Positions 28,701 to 38,584 of a DNA stretch of 64,000 nucleotides are shown one piece after another. The stretch is from Planctomycetota bacterium (GTDB lineage: Bacteria; Planctomycetota; UBA1135; UBA2386), in the NCBI GenBank assembly GCA_046290465.1, contig JBKAGP010000001.1, forward strand, positions 2,624,001 through 2,688,000, in the 5' to 3' direction. Within the stretch, counting starts at the first letter, position 1. The number at the start of each line of letters is the position of its first letter. Both the position numbers and the translations under genes were made by a program. The notes under the pieces were generated by a model that worked only from the letters and a program-made list of their open reading frames with translations, was not told the DNA's origin and did not search any database.

Positions 28701-30110
28701 CACCGCATCGGCGACTTCGTCTGGAACAAGCTCCCGTTCGCGTGGACCAGCGGCAAGCTGCGCGCCCTGAACCGCAAGTTCCACGACGCGCGCGCGCGCC
28801 GCGCGCTGCAGCGCGACGTGTGGCGGCCGGAGCACGGCGCGCTCGGCCGCGCCGTGGTCGCGTCGACGTTCTCGTGGCCGATCCGCAGCCACACATTCGT
28901 CTACCAGGAGGTCGCCGGCCTGATCGAGGCGGGACTCGACGTGCGCTTCCTGCACTACACGCACGAGCCGGACTCGCCGCTGCACGCGGCGTTCGCCCAC
29001 CTGGACGACCGCACGGTGCGGCTGCGCGACCTTCGCTCGATCGCTCGCAAGGACGCCGAGTGGTTCGAACGGACCCGGCCGCAGCGCTACCGCGCCTTCC
29101 TGGAACGGATCTCGAAGGAGACCGCGCGACCGGTGCCCGAACTGCTGCAGCAGATCGAGGTGCTGCGCGCGTTCACCTTCGCGCGCTACACGGAGCTCGC
29201 CGGCGCCCGCTACGTGCACAGCTACTTCTGCTACGACATGTCGTTCATGGCGATGGCGGCGGCGTGGCTGCTGGACCTGCCGCGCGGGCTGACCTGCTAC
29301 GCCGACCACATGCTGCGCGACGACCCGTACAAGCTGGTGCCGCTGCACCTCGAGCAGTGCGCCATCGTCGTCGCGACCAGCGAGCGGGTGCGCGACGAAC
29401 TGTCGCAGCTGTCCGGCGGCCGCTTCGACGACAAGATCCTGGTCAAGCCCAACGGCGTCGACGGCGACCGCTTCCGGCCCGTCGAGACACCGGCGCCGGC
29501 ACCGGCACCGGGCGCGCCGCTGGAGCTGCTGTCGATCTCCCGCATCGAGCCGAAGAAGGGCCTGACCGTGCTGGTCGAGGCGATCGCGGTGCTGCGCGAG
29601 CAGGGCCACGACGTGCGCGTGCACGTCGTCGGGGGCGAGGACCCCAACACCCCGGGCAGCGTGCCGTTCGCGCGGCGGTTCCGCGAGCGCATCGCAGCGC
29701 GCGGCCTCGGCGACCGGTTCGAGCTGCACGGCCCGATGGCGCAAGAACAGCTGGCGCCGCTGTTCGCCCGCTGCCACGCGTTCGTCGCCCCGTACGTCGA
29801 GGCCGAGACCGGTGACAAGGACGGCATCCCGACCGCGATCCTCGAGGCGATGGCGTCGGGAATGCCGATCGTTGCGACCGACAGCGGTTCGATCTGCGAG
29901 GTGTTCGACGACGGCACCGAGGGCCTGATCGTGCCGCAGCGCGACGCCGCCGCGTTCGCCGCCGCGATCGCCGCGGTCGCCGGCGACGACGCGCGGCGCC
30001 GCGCATTCGGCGTGGCGGCGCGCGCCCGCTTCGAGCGCTGCTTCGACGTGCGCGTCACCGAGAAGCCCCTGCACGAACGGATCCGCGCCGTGCTGACCGA
30101 TCGCGACTGA
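25764..30110 (+). CDS. Large multidomain glycosyltransferase: unknown N-domain, GT2, long coiled coil, GT4 (WcaL-like)
   Basis: TVLIPSYRH..DDRSPDDT..LNSDD (GT2); ~270 aa of heptads; SHTFVYQE, SRIEPKKG, DGIPTAILEAMA (GT4). Confidence 0.9.
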   Translation: MSRARSPGDDPVIREAADGTANRLVIRTDAAVESDGDAPDDEALDGVDALHLQGDDVFGSERARQLLDHARGSDLSVSIDSARVPDPDVAIEALCDVAVASLLAEVTDAAPQPIERIAAIAAATGAVGQIRFVLTPNGWFELEDAARLAASKGLRAELSLADHRDDVPLEPISPEAASFLRDAIVDCWPRLSGNARPDSLDEGGFEQLTHDLRALVGRSLEAAAETPEAPTGPIALPPLAHGWNTDPERRGPWHARLFVRSLTATVGDWVDEVATPDSVRELVWLRALVQRIAFDHEPQQLLDLLGRVYKKSKDHQELHAQDADYAESFELARFGGPWFDRIGLGARQRRARPFQVREPSPVSDAPADTTVLIPSYRHQKFIKETIASVLAQQDAAFRVLVADDRSPDDTAEVARSVDDPRVTVTVNDDNVGLGNSVLQALEHVDTPYVALLNSDDLLHPEHLATCRAVLEADAEAQLVCTDLQPIDSLGRSLRPDNVSLVRDGSRTRHWIEWFEAQAPSDDLAPADYFGELLERNYLITSSNLFARTDWLRAQAGSLQSLKYCLDWRLFLQAAAESTLRHVHRPLIGYRLHASNTVWFDAERRYTYYLEVNRVAAEALREFSDRHPDREQAVERVVRAVANHVIQNGETDGYALFLNAALDTLVLEREANDSPETMRLLRVLSDAADARRLQQAPPPVPTNVYLELDHLRSLLNSESGKRTWLESQAESHEQRIAELDRINKEIWETKQRLERDLKSLQQSKEQLRRESEQQLGRAQQQAEKARTQAAEQLEKVRAQLHKDLDWQRGETQKVQGILENTRDYVETLKQQVERLKQSVQELQDRNQSAQQAHEATRQQLDERRQELADAIASLEQSRGELDTTRGELDTTRGELDTARGELDTTRGELDTTRGELDTTRADLDRTVQDRDRQTARAEQLERDLDERNRQHEDLRQTLAERTMEFQRNEAAIDRLLRSREHRIGDFVWNKLPFAWTSGKLRALNRKFHDARARRALQRDVWRPEHGALGRAVVASTFSWPIRSHTFVYQEVAGLIEAGLDVRFLHYTHEPDSPLHAAFAHLDDRTVRLRDLRSIARKDAEWFERTRPQRYRAFLERISKETARPVPELLQQIEVLRAFTFARYTELAGARYVHSYFCYDMSFMAMAAAWLLDLPRGLTCYADHMLRDDPYKLVPLHLEQCAIVVATSERVRDELSQLSGGRFDDKILVKPNGVDGDRFRPVETPAPAPAPGAPLELLSISRIEPKKGLTVLVEAIAVLREQGHDVRVHVVGGEDPNTPGSVPFARRFRERIAARGLGDRFELHGPMAQEQLAPLFARCHAFVAPYVEAETGDKDGIPTAILEAMASGMPIVATDSGSICEVFDDGTEGLIVPQRDAAAFAAAIAAVAGDDARRRAFGVAARARFERCFDVRVTEKPLHERIRAVLTDRD
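28392..28517 (+). repeat. 21-bp tandem repeat x6 encoding heptad RGELDTT
   Basis: cgcggcgaactcgacacgacc starting at 28392, 28413, 28434 (one substitution), 28455, 28476, 28497. Confidence 0.95.
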
Positions 30111-30111
30111 C

Positions 30112-31386
30112 ATGCGCCTGCTCTACGTCATCCACCAGTTCTTTCCGGACTGCCACTCGGGCACCGAGCAGCACTGCCTCGCCGCCGCGCGCGAGGCGCA
30201 GCGACGCGGACACGACGTGACGGTGCTGTCGCTGCACTGGGACCACGAGCGCTCGCATCCGCCGATCCTGCTGTTCGACCAGCCGATCGAGGGCCTGCGC
30301 GTGATCCGGCTCAACCACTGGCGCGGCGTCAACCCCAACGACGTGCGTCGCGACTACGAGAACCTGCACCTGGAGGGCTGGTTCCAGCGTGTGCTCGACG
30401 ACGTGCGGCCGGACCTGGTGCACAGCTTCCACCTGCGCCAGCTCGGCTCCAACCTGCTACGCGTCTGCAAGCGCAACGGCCTGCGCGTCGCGGTGACGCT
30501 GACCGACTTCTGGTTCTTGTGCCCGCGGTTCACGCTGCTGCGCCCCGACGGCGCCGTCTGCGAGGGCCCGCCCGACGGCGGCCGCGGCTGCGTGTCGTGC
30601 GAGCATCCCGAGCTGCAGGGCGTCGAACTGCAGCCGGACGAACCGCCGCTGGCCGGGACGCCGTCGTCACGGCTGCGCGCGTTGCTCGACCGCAAGCAGA
30701 TCCAGTTCGACAACCTGGCGCTCGCCGACAAGGTGTTCGCGCCGTCGCGGTTCCTCGCCGACATGTTCGCTCGCAACGGCCTCGAGCACGGCGGCTTCGA
30801 GACGGTGCCGTACGGCCTCGAGCCGGGCCGCATCGAACGGCGCCAGGTCCAGCGGCCACGCGAGCCACTGCGGCTCGGATTCTGCGGCGTGCTGTCGCCG
30901 TGGAAGGGCGCCCACCTCCTGGTCGAAGCGGTCAAGGGCAGCGCGGCGAACGTGCAGCTGACGATCTGGGGCCGCACCGAGGAGCCGATGTTCCAGGCCT
31001 ACATCGACCCGCTGATGGCCGGCGCCGCCGGCGACCCCCGCATCACGTTCGCGGGTGCCTATGGCGAACAGCAGGCCAACGACGTGTTCGCGGACATGGA
31101 CGTGCTGGTGGTCCCGAGCACGTGGTACGAGAACACCCCGTTCGTCATGCTGGAGGCGTTCGCCGCCGGCGTGCCGGTGATCGCGAGCGACCTCGGCGGC
31201 CTGGCCGAGATCGTCGAACCGGACCGCAACGGCCGCACGTTCCGCTCGGGCGACGTCGCGTCACTGCGCGCTCAGATCGAGCACGTCGCCGCGACCAACG
31301 GCTGGTTCGACGCGCTCGACGTGCGCCCGCTGCACGGCATCGCCGAGTGTTTCGACCGCTACGAGGCCGGCTACCACGCCGGTTGA
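30112..31386 (+). CDS. Glycosyltransferase family 4 (paralogue of 16766..18100)
   Basis: MRLLYVIHQFFP..GTE, HSFHLR, DFWFLCPR, PSTWYENTPFVMLEA. Confidence 0.9.
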   Translation: MRLLYVIHQFFPDCHSGTEQHCLAAAREAQRRGHDVTVLSLHWDHERSHPPILLFDQPIEGLRVIRLNHWRGVNPNDVRRDYENLHLEGWFQRVLDDVRPDLVHSFHLRQLGSNLLRVCKRNGLRVAVTLTDFWFLCPRFTLLRPDGAVCEGPPDGGRGCVSCEHPELQGVELQPDEPPLAGTPSSRLRALLDRKQIQFDNLALADKVFAPSRFLADMFARNGLEHGGFETVPYGLEPGRIERRQVQRPREPLRLGFCGVLSPWKGAHLLVEAVKGSAANVQLTIWGRTEEPMFQAYIDPLMAGAAGDPRITFAGAYGEQQANDVFADMDVLVVPSTWYENTPFVMLEAFAAGVPVIASDLGGLAEIVEPDRNGRTFRSGDVASLRAQIEHVAATNGWFDALDVRPLHGIAECFDRYEAGYHAG

Positions 31387-31453
31387 AGGCGAACCACCGG
31401 CTGGCGGAATCACCGGCTGGCAGAACACCGGAGCGGGCAGCTCCCGGGACGGC

Positions 31454-32884
31454 TCAGGCCTTGCGGCCGGCCGCGCCCAGCGTGACCACGTTGAGCAGGC
31501 CCTTGCCGAAGCGGTAGGCCTTGCTCGCCTTCAGCTCCTGCTCGCGCCGCTTGCTGGTCTCGAGCTCGGCGTTGAGGCGCGCGACCTTGGCGCGCAGCTC
31601 CTCGACGTCATCGTCCGCCGCCACCGGCTTCGAGGCCAGCCGCGCGATGCGGTCGCGCTGGCTCTCGGCGGCGATCGGGTTGCCGTCGAGGAAGCTCTGG
31701 TAGACGTCGATGCTCTGCTGCGCGATCTTGACGTCGGTCAGGCGCTTCTCGACCGCGGCGCGCGCGTTGCGGCCGCACTTCTCGGCCAGCGCGTCGTCCT
31801 CGATCATCTCCTTGAGCACCTGCACGAACGAGTCGGGGTCGCCGTTCTTGGCCAGCAGGCCGGTCTCGCGGTCCTGGATCAGCTCCGGCATGCCGCCGCA
31901 GTCCGACGACACGATCGCGCGACCGGCGGTCATCGCCTCGATGCAGCTGTAGGGGCAGTTCTCCCACAGGCTCGGGATCAGGAAGATGTGCGCCGCCTTG
32001 AGGCACGCGCGCACCGTCGGCAGGTCGAGCTGGCCGAGGTAGAAGAACCGGTCCTGCAGGCCGCGGTCCTTGACCCACGGCAGGATGCGCTTCTCCATCC
32101 AGCCGAACAGGTCGCGGCCGCCAAACACGAACGCGATGTCCGGGTAGTCCTCGAGCGTCTTCTCGACCATCTCCTTGAGGATGTGAACGCCCTTGCGCTC
32201 CTCCATCCGGTTGGCGAAGAAGATCAGCTTCTTGTCCTTCGGGATGCCGAACTGCTCATGGATGTCGATGCCGTCGTCGCGGTCGAACATCTCCACGTCG
32301 ATGCCGTTCGGGATCACGTGGATCGGCTTCTGCTCGTGCATCTTGGTGGCGACCTCGTCGGCGAGGAAGCCGCTGCACGAGGTCAGCACCTCGGCCTGGT
32401 TGATGCCCAGCTGCTCGACGAACGAACACACCTCGCGATCGATGCGCGGCGTGTCGTAGATGTTCATGATCAGGCGCGCCGGCGAGTGGAACTTGATCGC
32501 CGTCGGCACCTGCAGCAGCGTGCTCGTCATCAGCGAGTCCGCGCCGCACTCGGGCGCCTCGATGAAGTCGAACGGCTTCTTGTCGTGCTCGTGCGCGAAC
32601 GCCTCGAACGCCGCGTAGCCGGTGCGCAGACGGTTCTCCGACCACCACGCGCGTCGCTGCCGCAGGCTCTCGAGCGCGCCGTGGAACCAGCCCTCCCGCT
32701 TGATGCGGGTGATCTTGAGGCCGTCGCGCTCGGTGTGCGTGATGCCGTTCTCGGTCGAGCCGGCGAACACGTGCACGTCGTGGCCGAGCTTGGCCAGCGC
32801 CCGCGACTGGTAGTAGGAGTAGGTGCCGATGCCGCCGAAGCCGGTCTCCGGCGGATACTCGTAGCTGAGGACTGCGATGCGCAT
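31454..32884 (-). CDS. Glycosyltransferase family 4 with short C-terminal coiled coil and amphipathic helix
   Basis: SYEYPPETGFGGIGTY, IPNGID, RKG, PSLWENCPYSCIEAM; tail VEELRAKVARLNAELE..SKAYRFGKGLLNVV. Confidence 0.9.
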   Translation of the reverse strand: MRIAVLSYEYPPETGFGGIGTYSYYQSRALAKLGHDVHVFAGSTENGITHTERDGLKITRIKREGWFHGALESLRQRRAWWSENRLRTGYAAFEAFAHEHDKKPFDFIEAPECGADSLMTSTLLQVPTAIKFHSPARLIMNIYDTPRIDREVCSFVEQLGINQAEVLTSCSGFLADEVATKMHEQKPIHVIPNGIDVEMFDRDDGIDIHEQFGIPKDKKLIFFANRMEERKGVHILKEMVEKTLEDYPDIAFVFGGRDLFGWMEKRILPWVKDRGLQDRFFYLGQLDLPTVRACLKAAHIFLIPSLWENCPYSCIEAMTAGRAIVSSDCGGMPELIQDRETGLLAKNGDPDSFVQVLKEMIEDDALAEKCGRNARAAVEKRLTDVKIAQQSIDVYQSFLDGNPIAAESQRDRIARLASKPVAADDDVEELRAKVARLNAELETSKRREQELKASKAYRFGKGLLNVVTLGAAGRKA

Positions 32885-32905
32885 GGGGATGGGGATCTGC
32901 TCGGG

Positions 32906-33925
32906 CTAGCCCTTCGGGAGGGACTGCTGCCAACGCCAGGCGTCGGCCATCGACTGCGTCAACGGTAGCTCGGCACGCCAGCCCAGCACGTCTTTCGCCT
33001 TCTCGGTGTCGGCGAACGCCTCGACGACGTCTCCGGGTCGGCGGTCGGCGAAGTCCCACTTCAGCTCGGCGCCGGTCGCCTCGGTGAACGCGTTGAGCAC
33101 CTCGAGCACCGTCGAGCCGGTGCCGGTGCCGAGGTTGAACACCTCCAGCGGCTGCTCGCACTTGCCGGCCAGCAGTCGCTCCATCGCGAGGATGTGCGCC
33201 TTGGCGACGTCGACGACGTGGATGTAGTCGCGGATGCAGGTGCCGTCGCGCGTCGGGTAGTCGTTGCCGAACACCTTCAGCGGGCCGCGCAGGCCGGCGG
33301 CGCTCTGGGTGATGAACGGCACCAGGTTCTGCGGCACGCCGAGCGGCAGCTCGCCGATCTTGGCGCTCGGGTGCGCCCCGACCGGGTTGAAGTAGCGCAG
33401 CGCGATCACCTGGAAGCCGTGCGCACGGGCGCCGTCACGCAGCACCTCCTCGCCGATCTGCTTGGTGTTGCCGTACGGCGACTCGGCCGGCTTGACCGGT
33501 GCGTTCTCGCGGATCGGCAGCTCGTCGGCCTGGCCGTAGACCGTGCAGGACGAGCTGAAGATGAACGCGCAGCTCGGCTTCTGCCGCACGAACTGCAGCA
33601 GGTTGACCAGCGAGCCAAGGTTGTTGTGGTAGTAGTCGAGCGGCTTCTCGACCGACTCGCCCACCGCCTTGTGCGCAGCGAAGTGGATGATGCCGTCGAG
33701 GTCCTCGTGCTCGGCGAGGAACGCCGCGCAGGCCGCGGTGTCCGCCAGATCGACGTCCTGCCACTGCGGCCGCTTGCCGGTGATCGCCTCGATGCCGTCG
33801 AGCACCTCCGGCCGGGTGTTCGCCAGGTTGTCGGCGATGACGACGTCGTGGCCGCGCTCGAGCAGCTCGACCGCGGTGTGCGAGCCGATGTAGCCGAGGC
33901 CGCCGGTGACCAGAACCTTGCTCAT
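32906..33925 (-). CDS. galE: UDP-glucose 4-epimerase
   Basis: VLVTGGLGYIGSHT, HFAAHKAVGES, SPYGNTK, LRYFNPVGAH, RDYIHV. Confidence 0.95.
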   Translation of the reverse strand: MSKVLVTGGLGYIGSHTAVELLERGHDVVIADNLANTRPEVLDGIEAITGKRPQWQDVDLADTAACAAFLAEHEDLDGIIHFAAHKAVGESVEKPLDYYHNNLGSLVNLLQFVRQKPSCAFIFSSSCTVYGQADELPIRENAPVKPAESPYGNTKQIGEEVLRDGARAHGFQVIALRYFNPVGAHPSAKIGELPLGVPQNLVPFITQSAAGLRGPLKVFGNDYPTRDGTCIRDYIHVVDVAKAHILAMERLLAGKCEQPLEVFNLGTGTGSTVLEVLNAFTEATGAELKWDFADRRPGDVVEAFADTEKAKDVLGWRAELPLTQSMADAWRWQQSLPKG

Positions 33926-33940
33926 GGATCGTCCTTCGTC

Positions 33941-34927
<987 letters not shown>

Positions 34928-34987
34928 GATCGTCGGATGGGTCGGAGCGGGTGCTGGTGTGGTGCGTCGGACGTCGGACGCGCCACC

Positions 34988-36319
34988 CTAGTTGCTCGGC
35001 GTCGCGTTGGCGACGCCGATGCCAGCGTAGTGGAAGCCTTGCCTGGCAAGCTCCTCACCGCTGTAGATGTTGCGGCCGTCGAACACCGCAGCGCCGCGCA
35101 TCGACGACTTGACGCGCGACCAGTCCGGCACGCGGAACTCGCGCCATTCGGTCACCAGCAGCAGGCCGTCGGCGCCGGCGAGCGCCGCGTAGGCGTCCTC
35201 GGCGTACTGGATCTTGTCGCCGATCATGTGCTTGGCCTCGCCCATCGCGACCGGGTCGTAGGCGGTGACCGTCGCACCGGCCTCGAGCAGCTGCTCGCAC
35301 AGCACCAGCGCCGGCGCCTCGCGCATGTCGTCGGTCTCCGGCTTGAAGCTGAGCCCCCACATCGCGAAGTGCTTGCCCTTCAGGTCGCCGTAGTGCGCCT
35401 TGACCTTGTTGTAGAGCACCGACTTCTGGTCCTCGTTGACGTCCTCGACCGACTGCAGGATGCGCAGCTTGTAGCCGTTCTCGTCGCCGGTGCGGACCAG
35501 CGCCTTGACGTCCTTGGGGAAGCAGCTGCCGCCGTAGCCGATGCCCGGGTAGATGAAGCGGTTGCCGATGCGCGGGTCGCTGCCGATGCCCTTGCGCACC
35601 GCGTTGACGTCGGCGCCGAGCAGTTCGCACAGGTTGGCGATGTCGTTCATGAACGAGATCTTGGTCGCCAGCATCGCGTTGGCCGCGTACTTGGTCATCT
35701 CGGCCGACGGCACGTCCATGAAGTAGACCGGGTGGCCGTTGAGCGTGAACGGCTTGTAGAGGCGCGCCAGCACCTCCTGGGCGCGATCGCTCGAGACGCC
35801 GCAGACGATCCGGTCGGGCTTCATGAAGTCCTCGATCGCCGCCCCCTCCTTGAGGAACTCCGGGTTGCTCGCCACGTCGAACGCGAGGTCCGAGTTGCGC
35901 GCCGCCAGCGCCGCGACCAGCTCCTTGCGCACCTTCTCGGCCGTGCCGACCGGCACCGTGCTCTTGGTGATGACGACCAGGTAGTCGTCCATCTTCTCGC
36001 CGATCTCCTTGGCGACCGCCAGCACATAGCGCAGGTCGGCGCTGCCGTCCTCACCGGGGGGCGTGCCGACCGCGATGAACGCGGCCTCGGCGCCCTGCAC
36101 GGCCTCACTGAGGTCCGTGGTGAAGTGGAGACGGCCGGCCTTGGTGTTGCGCTCGACGATCTCCTCGAGGCCCGGCTCGTAGATCGGCAGGATGCCCTTG
36201 TGGAGGTTCGCGATCTTCTGCGCGTCGACATCGACACAGGTGACGTCCATGCCCACATCTGCGAGGCAGGAGCCGGTGACGAGGCCTACGTAGCCGGTTC
36301 CGACGACGGCGATTTTCAT
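34988..36319 (-). CDS. ugd: UDP-glucose 6-dehydrogenase
   Basis: MKIAVVGTGYVG, KSTVPVGT, SNPEFLKEG, GYGGSCFPKD, FKPETDDMREAP; ATG 36319. Confidence 0.95.
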   Translation of the reverse strand: MKIAVVGTGYVGLVTGSCLADVGMDVTCVDVDAQKIANLHKGILPIYEPGLEEIVERNTKAGRLHFTTDLSEAVQGAEAAFIAVGTPPGEDGSADLRYVLAVAKEIGEKMDDYLVVITKSTVPVGTAEKVRKELVAALAARNSDLAFDVASNPEFLKEGAAIEDFMKPDRIVCGVSSDRAQEVLARLYKPFTLNGHPVYFMDVPSAEMTKYAANAMLATKISFMNDIANLCELLGADVNAVRKGIGSDPRIGNRFIYPGIGYGGSCFPKDVKALVRTGDENGYKLRILQSVEDVNEDQKSVLYNKVKAHYGDLKGKHFAMWGLSFKPETDDMREAPALVLCEQLLEAGATVTAYDPVAMGEAKHMIGDKIQYAEDAYAALAGADGLLLVTEWREFRVPDWSRVKSSMRGAAVFDGRNIYSGEELARQGFHYAGIGVANATPSN

Positions 36320-36608
36320 AGCTGAGACTGGGAGTTGTTGCGGACGTGGCCACCTTCGAGGCGGCCCGAACTCGGGCATCGACCGGGTTCCGCGACCGCC
36401 CGAAGGACGTTCCGGAAGCGCCGACCCCATCGGGACAGCGGGGCTCGACGGCCCCTGGCGAGAATTCGGAGCCGAGCGTTGTACCGAGTGCCCCTACGAC
36501 GCACCACCTCGGCGCGGTCTCTCATTGGCACAAAGGCGGATCTTCACGGGCCGAATCCGTGCCGCTGACGTGTGGACCGCGCGACCCTGCCGGATAGCCT
36601 GCTCTGCC

Positions 36609-37718
36609 GTGAGCGCTTCCGACGAACAGCAGATCGAGGCCCTGTCGAAGTTCGGCTACGACGCGGCCATGCAGAGGTCCTGGCAGCAGAAGGTCGCGGA
36701 CGGCACCTACGCCGCCGCCAACAACGTGGTCGACGCGCCGCTGCAGGCGCCGCCGCAGGACGAGCTGTCGTCGCTGCCGCCGTCCGGCTCGGCCGAACAC
36801 GACGAGCTGGTCCGGATCGGCCGCGAGGCGATCGCGCGCGGGGAGTTCGCGGTGTGCGTGCTCAACGGCGGCATGGCGACGCGCTTCGGCGGCGTCGTCA
36901 AGGGCGTCGTCGAGGTCCGCGACGGCCGCTCGTTCCTCGGCCTCGCCGTCGACAACGCACAGGCGGTCGCGCGCGCGGCCGGCGGCCGGATCCCGATCCT
37001 GCTGATGAACAGCTTCGCGACCGACGCGGCGACCAAGCAGCACTTCGCCGAGCACGACCGGTTCGGCGCGGCCGCCGACGACGTCGAGCACTTCACGCAG
37101 TTCGTGCAGCTGCGCATGACCGAGACCGGGGAGCTGTTCCGCCTCGACAACGGCGAGCTCGCGCCGTTCGGTCCGGGCCACGGCGACTTCGCGCCGGCGA
37201 TCAAGGCGTCGGGCTGCCTGCAGCGCTTCCTCGACCGCGGCGGCAAGTACGTGTTCGTGCGCAACGTCGACAACCTCGGCGCCCTCGCCGATCCGGCCGT
37301 GCTCGGCCACCACATCCGCAGCGGTCGACGGACCACCTGCGAGCTGGCGCCCAAGTGGGACGGCGACGTCGGCGGCGCGCCCTACCTCTACCGGGATCGC
37401 GTGCAGCTGGTCGAGCAGATCCGCTACCCCGAGGGCTTCGACGCCAGCATCGTCGACGTGTTCAACTGCAACACGATGACGTTCGACGCCGAGGCGCTGC
37501 TGCCGGACGTCGAGCTCGGCCGCTACTTCGTGCAGAAGTCCGTCGAGGGCCGCAAGGCGGTGCAGATCGAGCACCTGATCGGCGAGATGACCGCGCACCT
37601 GACGACCAACTGGCTGCAGATCGAGCGCGAAGGCCCGAACTCGCGCTTCCTGCCGATCAAGAAGCCCGACGAGCTGACCAGCCTGCGGCCGGCCATCGAC
37701 GCGCTGTACGGCGCGTAG
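36609..37718 (+). CDS. UTP--glucose-1-phosphate uridylyltransferase, UDPGP (eukaryote-type) family
   Basis: LNGGMATRFGG..KG, LMNSF, GPGHGD, RNVDNLGA, RFLPIK; GTG start at 36609 is a guess. Confidence 0.82.
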   Translation: MSASDEQQIEALSKFGYDAAMQRSWQQKVADGTYAAANNVVDAPLQAPPQDELSSLPPSGSAEHDELVRIGREAIARGEFAVCVLNGGMATRFGGVVKGVVEVRDGRSFLGLAVDNAQAVARAAGGRIPILLMNSFATDAATKQHFAEHDRFGAAADDVEHFTQFVQLRMTETGELFRLDNGELAPFGPGHGDFAPAIKASGCLQRFLDRGGKYVFVRNVDNLGALADPAVLGHHIRSGRRTTCELAPKWDGDVGGAPYLYRDRVQLVEQIRYPEGFDASIVDVFNCNTMTFDAEALLPDVELGRYFVQKSVEGRKAVQIEHLIGEMTAHLTTNWLQIEREGPNSRFLPIKKPDELTSLRPAIDALYGA

Positions 37719-37741
37719 CGCCGAGGCGTCCCGAGCCAGGC

Positions 37742-38584
37742 ATGCAGAACGAGGTCCGCAGTATCCCACCGGCACCGCGCCGCGTCCGGCTGCGGCCGCT
37801 GATCGCGCACCGCTGGCCGTTGCTGGCGATCGCGGCGCCGATGGTCGTCATGGGCAGCCTGATCGCGTGGGCGATGTTCCTGCAGTCCGGCGGCAAGTTC
37901 TCGCTCGGACCGCAGCTCGACACAGGGCCGACGCTGCTCGCCAACGGCACGGTGACCGAGGTCTACGACTCGGTCGAGTTCGACGACAAGGCGTGGAACG
38001 ACGTGCGCTACCGGTTCTCGTTCCGCGACACCAACCTGTACGGCGGTTCGTTCCTGCAGGCCGGCGACGGCGCCGACGCGGTGGCGGTCGGCGACACGGT
38101 CCAGGTCGAGGTGCTCGAACGCAACCCCAACGTCAACCGGATCGTCGGCGGCACGCTGCACATCGACCGTCGCTGGCTGCACGCGCAGTTCTGGATCGTC
38201 ATGCTGGTGACGCCGGGGGGCCTGATCCTGCTCGGCTGGCTGGCCGGCGTGCTGCAGCTGCGGCAGGTGCTCGCGCACGGCGACGTCTCGGTCGGCAAGG
38301 TGCTCGAGGTCGAGCCGGTGCGGCTGCTGCTGCCGGAGACGGTGCGGGTCACGTACGAGTTCCGTGACCACCGCGCCCGCTTGCGCAAGAATCGTCACTG
38401 GGTGCGCGCCCGCGGCGCGCTCGGCACTCGTCTGCAGGACTGGACGAAGGCCGCGCGTCGCGAAGCCCTGCCCGTCCTGCACGACCGCCGCATGCCGCAC
38501 TGGAACCGCATGCTGCTGCCCGAGGACTTCCTCGAACCGCACCTCGACCACGACGACCTCAAGGACCTGCTGTCCAGTGACTGA
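37742..38584 (+). CDS. Membrane protein with two TM segments (hypothetical)
   Basis: ATG 37742; two hydrophobic stretches; overlaps the start of the helicase gene. Confidence 0.7.
   Translation: MQNEVRSIPPAPRRVRLRPLIAHRWPLLAIAAPMVVMGSLIAWAMFLQSGGKFSLGPQLDTGPTLLANGTVTEVYDSVEFDDKAWNDVRYRFSFRDTNLYGGSFLQAGDGADAVAVGDTVQVEVLERNPNVNRIVGGTLHIDRRWLHAQFWIVMLVTPGGLILLGWLAGVLQLRQVLAHGDVSVGKVLEVEPVRLLLPETVRVTYEFRDHRARLRKNRHWVRARGALGTRLQDWTKAARREALPVLHDRRMPHWNRMLLPEDFLEPHLDHDDLKDLLSSD

Noticed and set aside
25641..30113. N-terminal ~1490 aa of the 1936-aa minus ORF 24303..30113
   Set aside because: Shadow of the giant GT on the plus strand; only 24303..25640 has GT4 motifs.
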